Assembly (NCBI GenBank): GCA_035193785.1 | Contig: CP136572.1 | Location: 4,564,578-4,628,577, forward strand | DNA length: 64,000 bases | Reading direction: 5' to 3' | Source: Planktothrix sp. GU0601_MAG3 | Lineage (GTDB): Bacteria; Cyanobacteriota; Cyanobacteriia; Cyanobacteriales; Microcoleaceae | Part shown: positions 35,504-47,000 of the stretch, in pieces | How positions within the stretch are numbered: position 1 is the stretch's first letter | Layout: every line of letters starts with the position of its first letter | Made by a program: the position numbers and the translations under genes | The notes under the pieces: model-generated | What the model was told of the DNA's origin: nothing | Databases searched by the model: none | Seen by the model: only the letters and a program-made list of their open reading frames with translations

Positions 35504-36631
35504 ATGCGGATTTTTTTATCAATTTTTGGAGTAATTTTAACCTTAACTTTATTTTTGATTTTCAACACCTCTAGTGTGGCGATTTCAACGGTGATTGACT
35601 TTATGGGAAAAGCTAATTTACCCACCGGATTAATGTATAATAACACAGAAGTTGGAGGTCTATCAGGAATTACCTATAACCCAGAACAACAGGTTTACTA
35701 CGCCATATCCGATGACTCCAGCAACAAAAATAAAGCTCGATTTTATACCCTGAATATTGATTTAAGTTCCGGTTCCCTTTCGGAAACGGGGGTAAGTGTA
35801 ATTGGTGTAACTCCGTTATTAACAGAAACCGGAGAAACCTTTACTAAAGATAGTCTTGATCCCGAAGGAATTGCTTTTTCTGGAAATAGTGTTTTTATTG
35901 CTTCGGAGGGGAATTTTTATCAAAATATTCCAGCTTTTATTAAGGAGTTTTCCTTGGAGGGTAAACTATTGAAGTCTTTACCTATTCCTGAAAAATTTAT
36001 GGAGAAGAATGGGAATAAAAATCAAGGACTCCGTTCTAATTTATCCCTAGAAAGTTTAACCATAACACCGGATAAAAACTATCTATTTACAGCTAGTGAA
36101 AATGCCTTAATTCAGGATGGAGAAATAGCGAATTTAGATCGGGGAACTCCTAGTCGAATTTTGCGATATAATCTACAAACAAATCAACCTGATCGAGAGT
36201 TTTTATATCTTACCGATCCCTTAGCCAATTCTTCCTTTATTGCAGAACAGTATAATAGACAGGGTTTAGTTGATTTATTAGCCATTGATGACCAGCATTT
36301 AATTAGTTTAGAACGGTCTTTTTCCTTGGGTTTAGGATATACAATTAAATTATTTTTAGTTAACTTAGAACCAGCCGATAATATTCAAGATTTGGAGAGT
36401 ATAAAACAAGCAAAATCAGCAATTGTACCCGCAGAAAAAACGTTATTACTCAATTTAAAACGTTTAAATATTTTGATCGATAATATAGAAGGATTAACTT
36501 GGGGTTCTCCCTTACCCGAAGGAGGGCGATCGCTCATTCTCATTAGTGATAATAACTTTATGAGTTTACAAACCACCCAAATTATCGCATTAAGAATTAA
36601 TCCCAACGTAGTAAGCCCTTCAGGGCTTTGA
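35504..36631 (+). CDS. Esterase-like activity of phytase family protein (secreted)
   Basis: GGLSGI, YAISDD, DPEGI, N.SLESL, DNIEG, ISDNNF; signal peptide. Confidence 0.88.
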   Translation: MRIFLSIFGVILTLTLFLIFNTSSVAISTVIDFMGKANLPTGLMYNNTEVGGLSGITYNPEQQVYYAISDDSSNKNKARFYTLNIDLSSGSLSETGVSVIGVTPLLTETGETFTKDSLDPEGIAFSGNSVFIASEGNFYQNIPAFIKEFSLEGKLLKSLPIPEKFMEKNGNKNQGLRSNLSLESLTITPDKNYLFTASENALIQDGEIANLDRGTPSRILRYNLQTNQPDREFLYLTDPLANSSFIAEQYNRQGLVDLLAIDDQHLISLERSFSLGLGYTIKLFLVNLEPADNIQDLESIKQAKSAIVPAEKTLLLNLKRLNILIDNIEGLTWGSPLPEGGRSLILISDNNFMSLQTTQIIALRINPNVVSPSGL

Positions 36632-36839
36632 GGTCTTGAGGCGTGAACACCTCACTACAAGGGGCTAACGTAGTAAGCCCTTCAGGGCTTTGAGGTCTTG
36701 AGGCGTGAACACCTCACTACAAGGGGCTAACGTAGTAAGCCCTTCAGGGCTTTGAGGTCTTGAGGCGTGAAACGCCTCACTACAAGGGGCTAACGTAGTA
36801 AGCCCTTCAGGGCTTTGAGGCGTGAACACCTCACTACAA
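36605..36839. repeat. Four tandem ~62-bp REP-type units
   Basis: AACGTAGTAAGCCCTTCAGGGCTTTGAGGTCTTGAGGCGTGAACACCTCACTACAAGGGGCT starting at 36605, 36667, 36729 and 36792. Confidence 0.9.
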
Positions 36840-36867
36840 AGCATAACCAAAGTTTAACCTGGGGGAC

Positions 36868-36898
36868 TTGACAACCGATTGGGGTGATCGGCTATGCT
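36868..36898 (+). promoter_or_regulatory. Possible sigma70-type promoter
   Basis: TTGACA-N19-TATGCT (long spacer). Confidence 0.35.
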
Positions 36899-37459
36899 TA
36901 GGGAAGGAACGTCGGTACTCGGTCTCTGGCTCTTAAATGGAGTAGTCCAGCCCGCCCTTGTCGGGTTTGAGAGGGGATCAACAATCAAACCTCATTGGGG
37001 GTGAAATTCTTCTTTACCTAGCAGGACAACACTTTTTTCGTCGGATTGTTAAGGCTTTTGTGTCGGGTTTGGTGACTTTCCAAGGGCCAGTAGTCGAACT
37101 GGCAATATCCATTTAACCTGTGCATAAAGTCAATTAAAAGAACAAAACTTAATTAATTTATTAACCCATTTTTATGAGTGTCTAACTCGATAAAACCTGA
37201 CTATTACTGTGTCACCCACACAGGGCAGAGTTTTATCATCAGCATTAATTTTTAACCCTAGAACTATATCAATTGAAGTCGGTAAACCTCAGTGTTGAGA
37301 TGTTTCCGGCGACGATTGGGTTTAGTTTAGAACTTTCCGTTATTAATATTAATGGAGAAGAATCAAAGGTTGTATTCTTACAACAACCTCAAGTTTTTGG
37401 TACAAATTTTTCAGTTCAAGATTCAGTTAAAACCCTCCGAATATTCGGAACAGTTTGTT

Positions 37460-38444
37460 ATGAATACCTTAATGATTAAATCCTACGAAGGTCAAAAAGA
37501 TTGGTCAGCGATCGCCCATTTATTTAAAGCCTGTCAAACCGTTGATCATCTTAGCGAAGATGAAAGTTTAGCAGAATTAAAATTAGGCCTATCTTCTCCT
37601 AATGTTAATCCTCAAAAAGATATTCGTCTGTGGACAGATACAGAGAATCAACTTTTAGGGTTAATTGGAATTGAAACCCCTAGCCTCTAAACTGGTAATT
37701 GATGGATATTTTGGTCTATATATTCATCCAAGTATCCGATCCAGCAATTTAGGAAAAGAAATGTTGCGCTGGTGTGAAACTCGCCTGCGAGAAATTGGAC
37801 AACAAAAACGACAACCAGTACAACTACGAACCTATACTTTAGAAAACCAAAACCAACAAAATAAACTCCTGAAACAACAAGGATTTAAAGTTGATCGTCA
37901 GTTTATTACTATGGCTAAATCCTTAGAATCTCCCCTATCTATTCCCCAACTTTCCTCGGATTTTAGGTTATCCCATCTGCAAGGAAAACAAGATATTTCT
38001 ACTTGGGTGGATTTATTTAATGAATCCTTTATTGATCATTGGGATCATCATGAATTAACCCTAGAACAAGCCCAATATTGGCACAATCAACCCAACTATC
38101 AACCGGAATTAGATTTAGTTGCCATTGCCCCCGATGGCACCTTTGCAGCCTTCTGTAAAAGTCACTTAAATTCCGATCAAATCGGTTGGATTGAATGGTT
38201 AGGAACTCGACGGGGATTTCGGAAATTAGGCCTAGGAAAAGCCCTGCTATTTGCGGGTTTATCTCAACTCAAAAAAGCCGGAGCAACCACCGCAAAACTA
38301 AGCGTAGATGCCGATAGTTTAACCGGAGCAACTAAGCTCTATGAATCCGTTGGTTTTCAACCCATAACCACTTGGTTATCCTGGGTTAAACCCTTATCCT
38401 GTCAAAATCTCAGCCAACTTTTTCCCCAACAATTCACGGCTTAA
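37460..38444 (+). CDS. Tandem GNAT acetyltransferase (frameshift at ~37676)
   Basis: IHPSIRSSNLG and LGTRRGFRKLGLGKAL..SVDADS.TGATKLYESVGF. Confidence 0.88.
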
Positions 38445-38595
38445 ATCAGGCATATAATAAGTAGAGACGCGCCATAGTACGTCCCTAGTAATTTTTGCTG
38501 GTTTTATTTAGATTTTCCCCTAAAATTCTCTCAATTTTATTGAATATTTTAGGGGAAAATAAGGAGAGCATTAATTATCAACCCTGAATATCTCT

Positions 38596-39528
38596 TTAAA
38601 ATAAAATTGAATTTTTTCGCACTTCTTCCGGTTCTGGTTTTATGCGTAAATCTTCAATTAATTGGTGGAGATGATCGGAATTAGCCTGATACATTTCTCC
38701 GCAAAATTCACATTTAGCTTCCGCACCGTTATCTTTTTCAATCATATCTTGAAGTTCTTCCGTTCCGAACATTTTTAAAGCCCCTAATACCCGTTCAAAA
38801 GAACAACTACAATCAAAGCGAACTAATTGAGATTCGGGCAGAATTACTAATCCGATATCTCCTAATAATTCTTGCAAAATATCCGGCAGGGTTTTATGCG
38901 CTCTTAATAGGGGAGTAAACCCAGATAAACTGGCAACCCGGGATTCTAATTTAGTAATTAATTCTTCATCCGTTGCCGCTTTTGGTAGGACTTGTAATAA
39001 TAAACCCCCCGCCGCTTGTACTCCTTGTTTATCAACAAATACCCCTAAAATTAAGGCTGAAGGCGTCTGTTCAGAATTGGCTAAATAGTGAGTAATATCA
39101 TCACCAATTTCACCAGAAACTAATTCAACGGTGCTGGTATAGGGATAGCCATAACCCACATCTCGCACCACTCGCACATAACCATTCTGGCCCACGGCCC
39201 CACCAACATCCAATTTGCCCTGGGAATTGGGCGGTAATTCCACCTCGGGGTTGCCCACATAACCCCGGACAGTCCCATTCAAACCCGCATCCACCAAGAC
39301 CCCATCCAATGGCCCATCGCCCTTGATGCGGATATTAACTCGGGATGTGGCCAGCTTCATATTTGACGCCAAGAGCAACCCGGCGGCCATGGTGCGCCCC
39401 AGGGCTGCGGTTGCCACATAGGACAGTTTGTGTCGTTGTCTGGCTTCCTCCGTCAGACGGGTGGTAATCACTCCTACAGCCCGAATTCCGCCCTCTGCCG
39501 CCGTTGCCCGAATCAGTTGATCTGCCAT
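38596..39528 (-). CDS. hslO: Hsp33 redox-regulated chaperone
   Basis: DQLIRATA, ALGRT, SEQTPS, CSCS and CEFC zinc motif. Confidence 0.95.
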   Translation of the reverse strand: MADQLIRATAAEGGIRAVGVITTRLTEEARQRHKLSYVATAALGRTMAAGLLLASNMKLATSRVNIRIKGDGPLDGVLVDAGLNGTVRGYVGNPEVELPPNSQGKLDVGGAVGQNGYVRVVRDVGYGYPYTSTVELVSGEIGDDITHYLANSEQTPSALILGVFVDKQGVQAAGGLLLQVLPKAATDEELITKLESRVASLSGFTPLLRAHKTLPDILQELLGDIGLVILPESQLVRFDCSCSFERVLGALKMFGTEELQDMIEKDNGAEAKCEFCGEMYQANSDHLHQLIEDLRIKPEPEEVRKNSILF

Positions 39529-39658
39529 ATTTACAGTTTTTAACAATTTGTACCTGCTCCCATTTTAATTTTTTCTGGGATCAGGTGTTAGGTGTGGGTC
39601 AAAATTGATTTTTATTTGATATAATCAAAAAACTAACAGTTATTAAAGTAAAATTATT

Positions 39659-40054
39659 ATGCTCGGTACGTTTCAACAAAGTAGTATCCGTATTGAAGTA
39701 AACGCCAAGGAAGCTGATATTCGAGATAGTTTATTGCGTCCGAGTCAGTTGCAAAAATGGTTATGGCCCCAACAGTTTAACCCGGGAATTCCTGAACAAT
39801 TACAACCCGGATTAACCTTTACCAGTTCCCTTGGCCCGGTAAAAATTCAACATTATGTGGATGTCAGTCAACCGAATTGTTTAAGACTGTTATTAAGTCA
39901 CGGAATTGATGGTTTCCATGAGTGGTATTGGGGGGAAGGTTGGGTACAATCTCGTTTAGAAGGGATTTCTATATTACCTTTAAATTTAGGTCAAACTGTC
40001 AGTTTAATCAAGTTACGCGAGTTCCTAGTTAAGAAAAATATCCCGCAAACCTAG
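39659..40054 (+). CDS. Conserved cyanobacterial hypothetical protein (possibly SRPBCC-like)
   Basis: 131 aa; MLGTFQQSSIRIEV..GIDGFHEWYWGEGWVQSRLEG. Confidence 0.65.
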   Translation: MLGTFQQSSIRIEVNAKEADIRDSLLRPSQLQKWLWPQQFNPGIPEQLQPGLTFTSSLGPVKIQHYVDVSQPNCLRLLLSHGIDGFHEWYWGEGWVQSRLEGISILPLNLGQTVSLIKLREFLVKKNIPQT

Positions 40055-40292
40055 GTTTTATAAAATCGATAAAAAGGTTTTAATTCCTAATCCTAAAACC
40101 GCTAACATAAATAATCGCTTGCTCTAAATATTGCTGATATTGGGGGCAATTTTTGCCCCTATTATGTTTAGAAATTCCCTGTGTCTTTGTGATTAAATTA
40201 GATCTAACCCGTGTCAAAATCACAGCACCAAATACTAGATCGGAATTTTTCCGCTTTCAATTTCTGAGATAGAAATTTTACGGAAAATATTT

Positions 40293-43200
40293 TCAATTTT
40301 GAGACAAAATCAAGTTTAAAATATTCATTTCCTTAGAGTGAAATAGTTGATTTTCATTAAATAAATTTTTACCCAGTTTGTCCATGGAGTTAGTATTAAA
40401 AACTACATAGGGAAGATTTTTATAATTCCCATCAACAGGTAAAATATTATCCGCAGAAGCGAGAGAGTAAACTAAGCGTCTGAGAATATCTTGAAAGGTG
40501 GGAGTTAAGCATTTGCGATCGCTTAAAAAATACTCCTCTAATTCAGAAAAGGTTAAAAAAGTTTGAATGGGAAAAGCATAATAGCGATCGCAACTTTTCG
40601 AGGTTTGTATGACTTGTTGCGATCGCTCTTTAACCTCAAATAAATTGTAGACTAATTCCAAAGCAGAAGACACCAGTGTCTGAATTTGTTTGGGGTAATT
40701 TCCCTTTACTAAACCCCAGAGTTGTTTGAGAAAATCGCTATTTTCTAAAGCAATAATCCGAGATAAATCAATATAATTAATTTCCTTCACCGTTTTTTCA
40801 GATAAGGGAATAATCAATAAACTTCCGCGCACATAGGTTTTTTCTAAAGGAGGAAGATCCAAAAATTGATCTAAACTTTTTTCCAATTTGGATAAAATTT
40901 CCCATCCCAAAGATAAATAAGATACTTCCTGTTGAGTTTTAGAGGTGACAGCAGGACGATAAATTTCTATTTTTTGAGCGGATAATAAATTTAATAATCC
41001 TTGGGAAATCTCCTTTAAGCGTTGATCTTGACGACACTTTTTCGACTCTTTTTGTAATTCCTGATATAGAGTTACCATTGACCCCAAAAAACTATCTCCT
41101 CCTTGTTTAATCGACTTTCCCCCAATCGGAATCATCACATAACTTTGAAATCCAATTTGACCCGATCCCATAATTCGAGTCATAATTGATGCTTTTAAAA
41201 TAATCAGAATATTCAACGCACTTAAACAGGATTCTTGTAAGGAAATTTTGGCTAATTCCTGAGATTCTGCTGGAGATAAGGGGTGATTATCTTGATCAAC
41301 TTTAGGGGTAAAATAGATCGCTTTATCCGATAGATAAAACTTAATGAATTTTTCCCCTTGATCTAAACTTCCCCCGCGACCTCTATAGATCACTTGAATA
41401 ATTTCCATTAAATTTTGTTCGATTTGAAACCCAGGAATTTCTACTAAAATATATCGGGTATTTGGGAAGGATAAACCGCGAGATGCGGAAGCGGTCATAA
41501 AAATAACATTAACGCTATCCTTGAATTGTTGAATATTGGCGATTTCCTTCTCAGAAAGACTCGCATGAATTTCTAAATAATCTTTTTCTACTTCAAACTT
41601 AGGGAGTTGCTTCGCAATTAGATCTATCAGTTTTTTGAGTTTATCCTTATTTTGAATATAAACAATAATTTGACCTTGATTTTGATTTAACCGTTGCAAA
41701 ATATCGCTTTTAATCCTATCAATCATTTGATTAATTAAGGTTGAATCATCTTCGTTATTCTCTTGGTCATTGACGGAGTGAATCAAAACCTGATAATCTA
41801 TTGTTAATTGGGAAGCGGGATAGGAATTTGCATTAATTAAAGTTGCTGGATATTGATTTAAAAATTTAAACTGATCTACCCATAAACACTGTTGCTGGGT
41901 TGGGGAAACCTGTCGAACAAAAATTTTATCCGCTTGGACATTTTGATCGGATAAATGACTTTCCACCACATCCTTTAAGGTTAAAGAAGCATCCGCAGTA
42001 ATCACTTTAATATTAAACCCATAATCAGGATTTAATAAGTCGTATTCTTGAATAAAATTTGTAATTCCATGCAAAAAAGCAACCCCTTCCGGTGATCCAG
42101 TAATTTCATCAATCATAATAAAAATATTTCTCATCCGTTGCGATAGCAGTTTGATTTTTTCAGGAATGACACGACGGGTAGAAGAATTATAAACACTACT
42201 AAAAATTCGCTTTAAATGTTTTAATGTATTTCCTGATCGGGTTTCTTTTAGTGCTTGAATTGATGCGGTCGCAATAATATTATTGGGAAATTGATCAGGA
42301 TGAATTAAACAAGTATGAATTGCTTCCGATAAACTCGCTAAAACTCCCGCTTGATTTCGCGGTTTTACTTCTGAAACTTCTTCGGAATTTCGCGAAACTC
42401 GTTGAGAAGATTTCAATTGATAATCTCGCTCTAAACTAGCATTTAAAAACCTAACTTTTCCGATTTCCACGTCTTCGGAAAATCGATGATAATAAGATTC
42501 AACCGCACAACCGCCTTTTTGATCATTTAAAATCATCGCATTGGTATTTAAACAAATAATATTATCGTTTAATTGATGGGTAACAGGATCGCGAAATTTT
42601 TCGATAATATCCCGATTGACTTGAATCCGAGGACTGACATAAAATAATAGTGTTCCTACTTCTAAATGGTGTAAAATATAGTTAGCAATAGCTGTGGTTT
42701 TACCAATTCCTGGGTTTCCGGTTAGGAATAAATAGGGAATTTGGGGGTCGGAGAGCGATCGCTGAATTAACTCAGCATGGGCGTCTCTTAGAGATAGGTT
42801 GGGTTGGGTTAAATTAAGTGATCGCTGTAGGGTTTCAGGAATAGTATCAGCAGTATTAAAAAAGTCTAATTCCCTGACTTTTAAGACTTCTTGATGAGTG
42901 ATAGGTGTAATTTGATTTGGTTTTGTTTCTATAATTGCTTCCACCAAGTTACCCCCATTTTTAAAACTTTTGGACGCATTACTTTTGATCACATTTAAAA
43001 CCTTTTTACGATTTTCTGAAATGTTAATTTTGAGTTTATGGCGATAGATCTCATAACAGGTTTTTAGAATCTTTAATGGGGTTTCTGCTGGGGATGAATC
43101 GCTGCTAAGGGAAATTCCGTTAATTAGGCGATCGCTATATCCAAAACAGTTAAATTTTACGATATCACTGGATTTCAAATAGCAATTTTTTAACAAAAAA

Positions 43201-43979
43201 TCATAAAAACTCCAAGCATAACTACAAGCTTGAATAACTTTCACCGCTTCTTTATCTTTGGTCGAAAAAGCGGAAAAATATTGTTCTAATTTTCGAGAAA
43301 AAACCTCATAGTTATGCGTTTCTCCCGTATCAATTTCTAACCCACAAAATTGAGATTTTGAGCGAATATAATTCAACTCTTTTTTTAATAAATTTTTTAG
43401 AGTATCAATATTTTTAATATCCTGAATCGAATAGATCGCTGAAGTAGTAAAAGTCGATAAATCTACCACTAAAATTCGATATTGATCACGATAGCGAGTC
43501 AATAATAACGTATCTGCTTTTAAAAATTCCCCCGTGTTTTTATAGTGAATAATATCAACATTATTAAACCCTTGGGTTTCTAAAACCTCTCGATAAGCAT
43601 CGCTTTCATTTTTTTCGATCAAATTAAGACAGTTATCATTATAAAAATCGCATTGAAAATAGACAATCTCAATTTCTCGATCATATCTCCACCCCGTTGC
43701 TTCCCGATATTCTCGAATAAAAGTCACCCCGGAAGTCCAACCTTTTTGTAAAAATAATTTCACCCAAGTCGAAATTGTTTGGCGATCTGATCGATCAAAA
43801 TAATGATTTTCATTAGCTAATTTCTCACTAATTTTATAAAGATAAATCTTACTTAAGGGATTAACATAAATATCCTGATAGGATTGTTTAAATTGTCTTT
43901 GTTTAAAATAGGTTAAAATTCCCAAATTAAACCCAATTTCAAAGACTCGACCTAATTGTATTCCGAGTTGAGATATCAT
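40293..43979 (-). CDS. Large SF2 helicase with a putative N-terminal PD-(D/E)XK-like nuclease domain (1228 aa)
   Basis: Walker A GNPGIGKTT, Ia FYVSPR, II IMIDE, III TADAS, IV IVYIQNK, V TASASRGLSFP, VI QVIYRGRG; N-terminal GEFLKAD..ILVVDLS. Confidence 0.8.
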   Translation of the reverse strand: MISQLGIQLGRVFEIGFNLGILTYFKQRQFKQSYQDIYVNPLSKIYLYKISEKLANENHYFDRSDRQTISTWVKLFLQKGWTSGVTFIREYREATGWRYDREIEIVYFQCDFYNDNCLNLIEKNESDAYREVLETQGFNNVDIIHYKNTGEFLKADTLLLTRYRDQYRILVVDLSTFTTSAIYSIQDIKNIDTLKNLLKKELNYIRSKSQFCGLEIDTGETHNYEVFSRKLEQYFSAFSTKDKEAVKVIQACSYAWSFYDFLLKNCYLKSSDIVKFNCFGYSDRLINGISLSSDSSPAETPLKILKTCYEIYRHKLKINISENRKKVLNVIKSNASKSFKNGGNLVEAIIETKPNQITPITHQEVLKVRELDFFNTADTIPETLQRSLNLTQPNLSLRDAHAELIQRSLSDPQIPYLFLTGNPGIGKTTAIANYILHHLEVGTLLFYVSPRIQVNRDIIEKFRDPVTHQLNDNIICLNTNAMILNDQKGGCAVESYYHRFSEDVEIGKVRFLNASLERDYQLKSSQRVSRNSEEVSEVKPRNQAGVLASLSEAIHTCLIHPDQFPNNIIATASIQALKETRSGNTLKHLKRIFSSVYNSSTRRVIPEKIKLLSQRMRNIFIMIDEITGSPEGVAFLHGITNFIQEYDLLNPDYGFNIKVITADASLTLKDVVESHLSDQNVQADKIFVRQVSPTQQQCLWVDQFKFLNQYPATLINANSYPASQLTIDYQVLIHSVNDQENNEDDSTLINQMIDRIKSDILQRLNQNQGQIIVYIQNKDKLKKLIDLIAKQLPKFEVEKDYLEIHASLSEKEIANIQQFKDSVNVIFMTASASRGLSFPNTRYILVEIPGFQIEQNLMEIIQVIYRGRGGSLDQGEKFIKFYLSDKAIYFTPKVDQDNHPLSPAESQELAKISLQESCLSALNILIILKASIMTRIMGSGQIGFQSYVMIPIGGKSIKQGGDSFLGSMVTLYQELQKESKKCRQDQRLKEISQGLLNLLSAQKIEIYRPAVTSKTQQEVSYLSLGWEILSKLEKSLDQFLDLPPLEKTYVRGSLLIIPLSEKTVKEINYIDLSRIIALENSDFLKQLWGLVKGNYPKQIQTLVSSALELVYNLFEVKERSQQVIQTSKSCDRYYAFPIQTFLTFSELEEYFLSDRKCLTPTFQDILRRLVYSLASADNILPVDGNYKNLPYVVFNTNSMDKLGKNLFNENQLFHSKEMNILNLILSQN

Positions 43980-44007
43980 TAATTATTCCTCAATTTCTTA
44001 TCATTTA

Positions 44008-47000
44008 TCAATCATAGATCGCACTTCTAACACAGGTTAAAAATGCCAAAGTATTAAAATTAATATTTTTGGGAGAGTAAGTAAAACTAGAAAGTGTTCC
44101 TAATCCTTCATCTCCGATCAGTTTACTATAAGGATTTAACTTTAAAACGATATTAGTATTCTCATTATACCTTTTCTCATAACGGGAAAAATGAAACAAA
44201 AGAATATAGTTTAAAATCGTTTTTTGTAGAGGAGAAGAAGCATCTAATAACCCTGAAATCACATCTCTAGTATGTTCATCATCATAGATATTTAACAGGG
44301 TACTATAGCAAACTACACTATTAAAAATAGTTCGCTTTTTATCAACTGTAACTCCGGTGAACAAATTTAAAAATACTTTAGTTTCTTTGACTGGGATCAT
44401 TAGAGAGTTTTTTCAATTCTTCTACATCGGGAATATAGAAAGATTCTTGATTTTTAGTTTTCAAATTTAAAGCGGGATAGGTATCCATAAAAACGGGATA
44501 CAGTTTTAGATCTGGTTTTCCATCTTTGAGGTATTTAATCACCGTTTCCGACATAAAAAATAGGGAATCAGGATCTGATTCTGAGCGAATTAATCCTAAA
44601 CGTCTACTGTAGGGTGCTTTCGCAACATATAAGAAATGTCGATATCCTTTTTCTTCATATAATTTAGTGATTTCATCTCGAATTACCGTTGGTTTTTGAT
44701 ACAGTTGTTCATGCTTTTCGTTACTAGAAAAGGTTTTAAAGTTATTGATTTGGATGACATCGGATTTATCGGGATCTCTTTCAATTAAAACAATCTCACC
44801 ATAAATATTAGAAATCCGTTGGTTTTTGTCCGGTTCATTCCAAACCGCATCACTCACCCAACTGGAAACAACAATAATCGCTAATTTATCTAATTGTGGT
44901 TTAAAATCACTATTAAATTTAAACCGTTTGGGAAGGAAACAATAGAGAGAAGATAAAGCATTTCTAGTGCGGTATTCAATTCCTTTATTTTCCGTATTTA
45001 ACCCTTGATCATTTGCTAAACAATCTCGTCTTAAAATATGTGCTAAAGATCGAGTTAAAGTCCTTAAGTATTTATCATCTTCGCTATCCTCAACGGTACT
45101 TTGAACATGAAATCGCAAGATAGGAATAAACAAATTTTGGTCTTTGAGGGAATTTTGACAAATGCTAATACACAAATAGGTTAATAAACTAAAGACTTGG
45201 CGATAAATTCTTGCTTCAGGAGATTGATGATCTTTAAATATAGTTGCTCTCAGGTCGGTTATATTATAATAAATTGCTATTAGCTTTTTTTCTTCAAAAT
45301 GTTCCTTATAGAGAGGATGAGCTTTGAATTTTTCGCCTGGTTTTTTTATTTCTTCAGCATTTAATTTTCGGATCGGATAAAACACCACAGGTAGTGCTTT
45401 AATCCCATTAATATTATACCTAAGAGCAAATTTCTGTTCTTCTTCTACGGTAAAATAACGAACATCATCAAAGGTAAAAGTTACTTCTAAAGATGCTAAA
45501 GAGTCTGGACTTAGTTGATTTTCTCCGACTTTTAAATAAGCTAATGCTTCCCTCGCAGATGAGCGGGAACGACTGGTATCATCATCTTCTAGGTTGATTT
45601 TAAAAAAGTTTTGACTATTAATAATATCAATCGGTTTTTGGTGAAGAATATCCTTGTGTAAACGCAGTTTAACTGTTTTTTGTTCATAATTTAAAACTGT
45701 TTTTTGGATTAAAAAATCTTGCAAAAAAGATTTTAAACGATTGACTTTGCGATTAACTTCCCAAGCAGAATCAGCAATTTTATGTTTGATGGTTAATAAA
45801 AGTTGAGTAATTGCTTCTGGGTTGGTTTGATGGGACTGAAAAACCCTTAAAACTTCCTGTTCAAATTGAACAATAGGGTTATATTCCTCATCGGGGGTGT
45901 TTCCGATTTCATCAATCGCAAAAATTAGATAATACAAACAAACGTTTTTTAAAACTCTAGTTTTAAAACTTTTTGCTTTATTGGAATTTTGTAAATATTC
46001 TCGATGTCGGGGACTTTTGGGGTCGATTTCTGTAATATGATAATCCAAGGAAGATTTTTCATTATAAGCATTAACGGAACCATTCAGCTTTAAACGAATT
46101 CCTAAATTAAATTCTTTGAAATTATTACTATCGCGGTTATAACTTTCACCAATTACTCCTTCATAATCAGGAATAATGGGTAAACTCTCAAACGCATCGG
46201 ATTGAGCAAATACCGTTTCTGAGGTTGATGGTTTCCCCCAAATAAGTAATGTCATAATGGGCGTTATCTAAATTAGGATCGTTGACATATTCAATCACTA
46301 TTTTTAAGCGATTAATTAAGGTTTGTAACAGCGTCAAATCGGGGGAATTGGCGTTAGGATGAGTTTTTTTCCATCCTTTTTTGAGATACTCTAAATAGTC
46401 GATTTTTAGATCGCGTAAAAGACGAGGTAACGCTTCTTGATCGATAATGCTTCTCAGGTTATTTAAACTGGAGTCGGGTCGAGCTAATAGTTCATTGAAT
46501 AACCCATTGAGATCCCGTCTTTCTGATGAATCTTCCTCGGTAATAGTTTGAATATGATGTCGAATATATGCGCATAAATTGTCTTGAAAATCTGCTAATC
46601 CCGTAAACCGAATATTAAAATGATGTGCTTTAATAATCGCATCACTTCCATTGCTACGCTGGGGGGTAAAACTATTTTCTAGGGTTAAGCATTTGGAGGT
46701 AAATGTGGAGTGTTTGTTGAAATTATAGTTAAAGGGAAGGGAATCTTTTTCCTGATTAAAGTCTCCCAGGTCACTACAAATCTTAACTAGGATATTTTCA
46801 GGAGATTCAGGTTGACAAGCATCATTTAATTTTTCTTTTAATAACTGTTGAATTTGTCTGATTTTATCGCAGAACTTAGCAGTATCTTCAAAATTAACGG
46901 TAGCGGCGCGAATTCCGGTGGTTTGAGTTAAGGGATTGAGGTTTTTATTTTCAGTTGCTATTTTAACAGCAAAATCATAAGCACGAATTAGGAGACGATT

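Noticed and set aside
36605..36839. Possible CRISPR array
   Set aside because: Units are contiguous and near-identical with no unique spacers, and no cas genes are nearby
36900..37130. Cobalamin riboswitch or tRNA
   Set aside because: No B12 box and no TTCGA T-loop/cloverleaf could be identified
40293..43979. Cas3 or type I/III restriction helicase
   Set aside because: No HD domain, cas genes, array, methyltransferase or specificity subunit is visible
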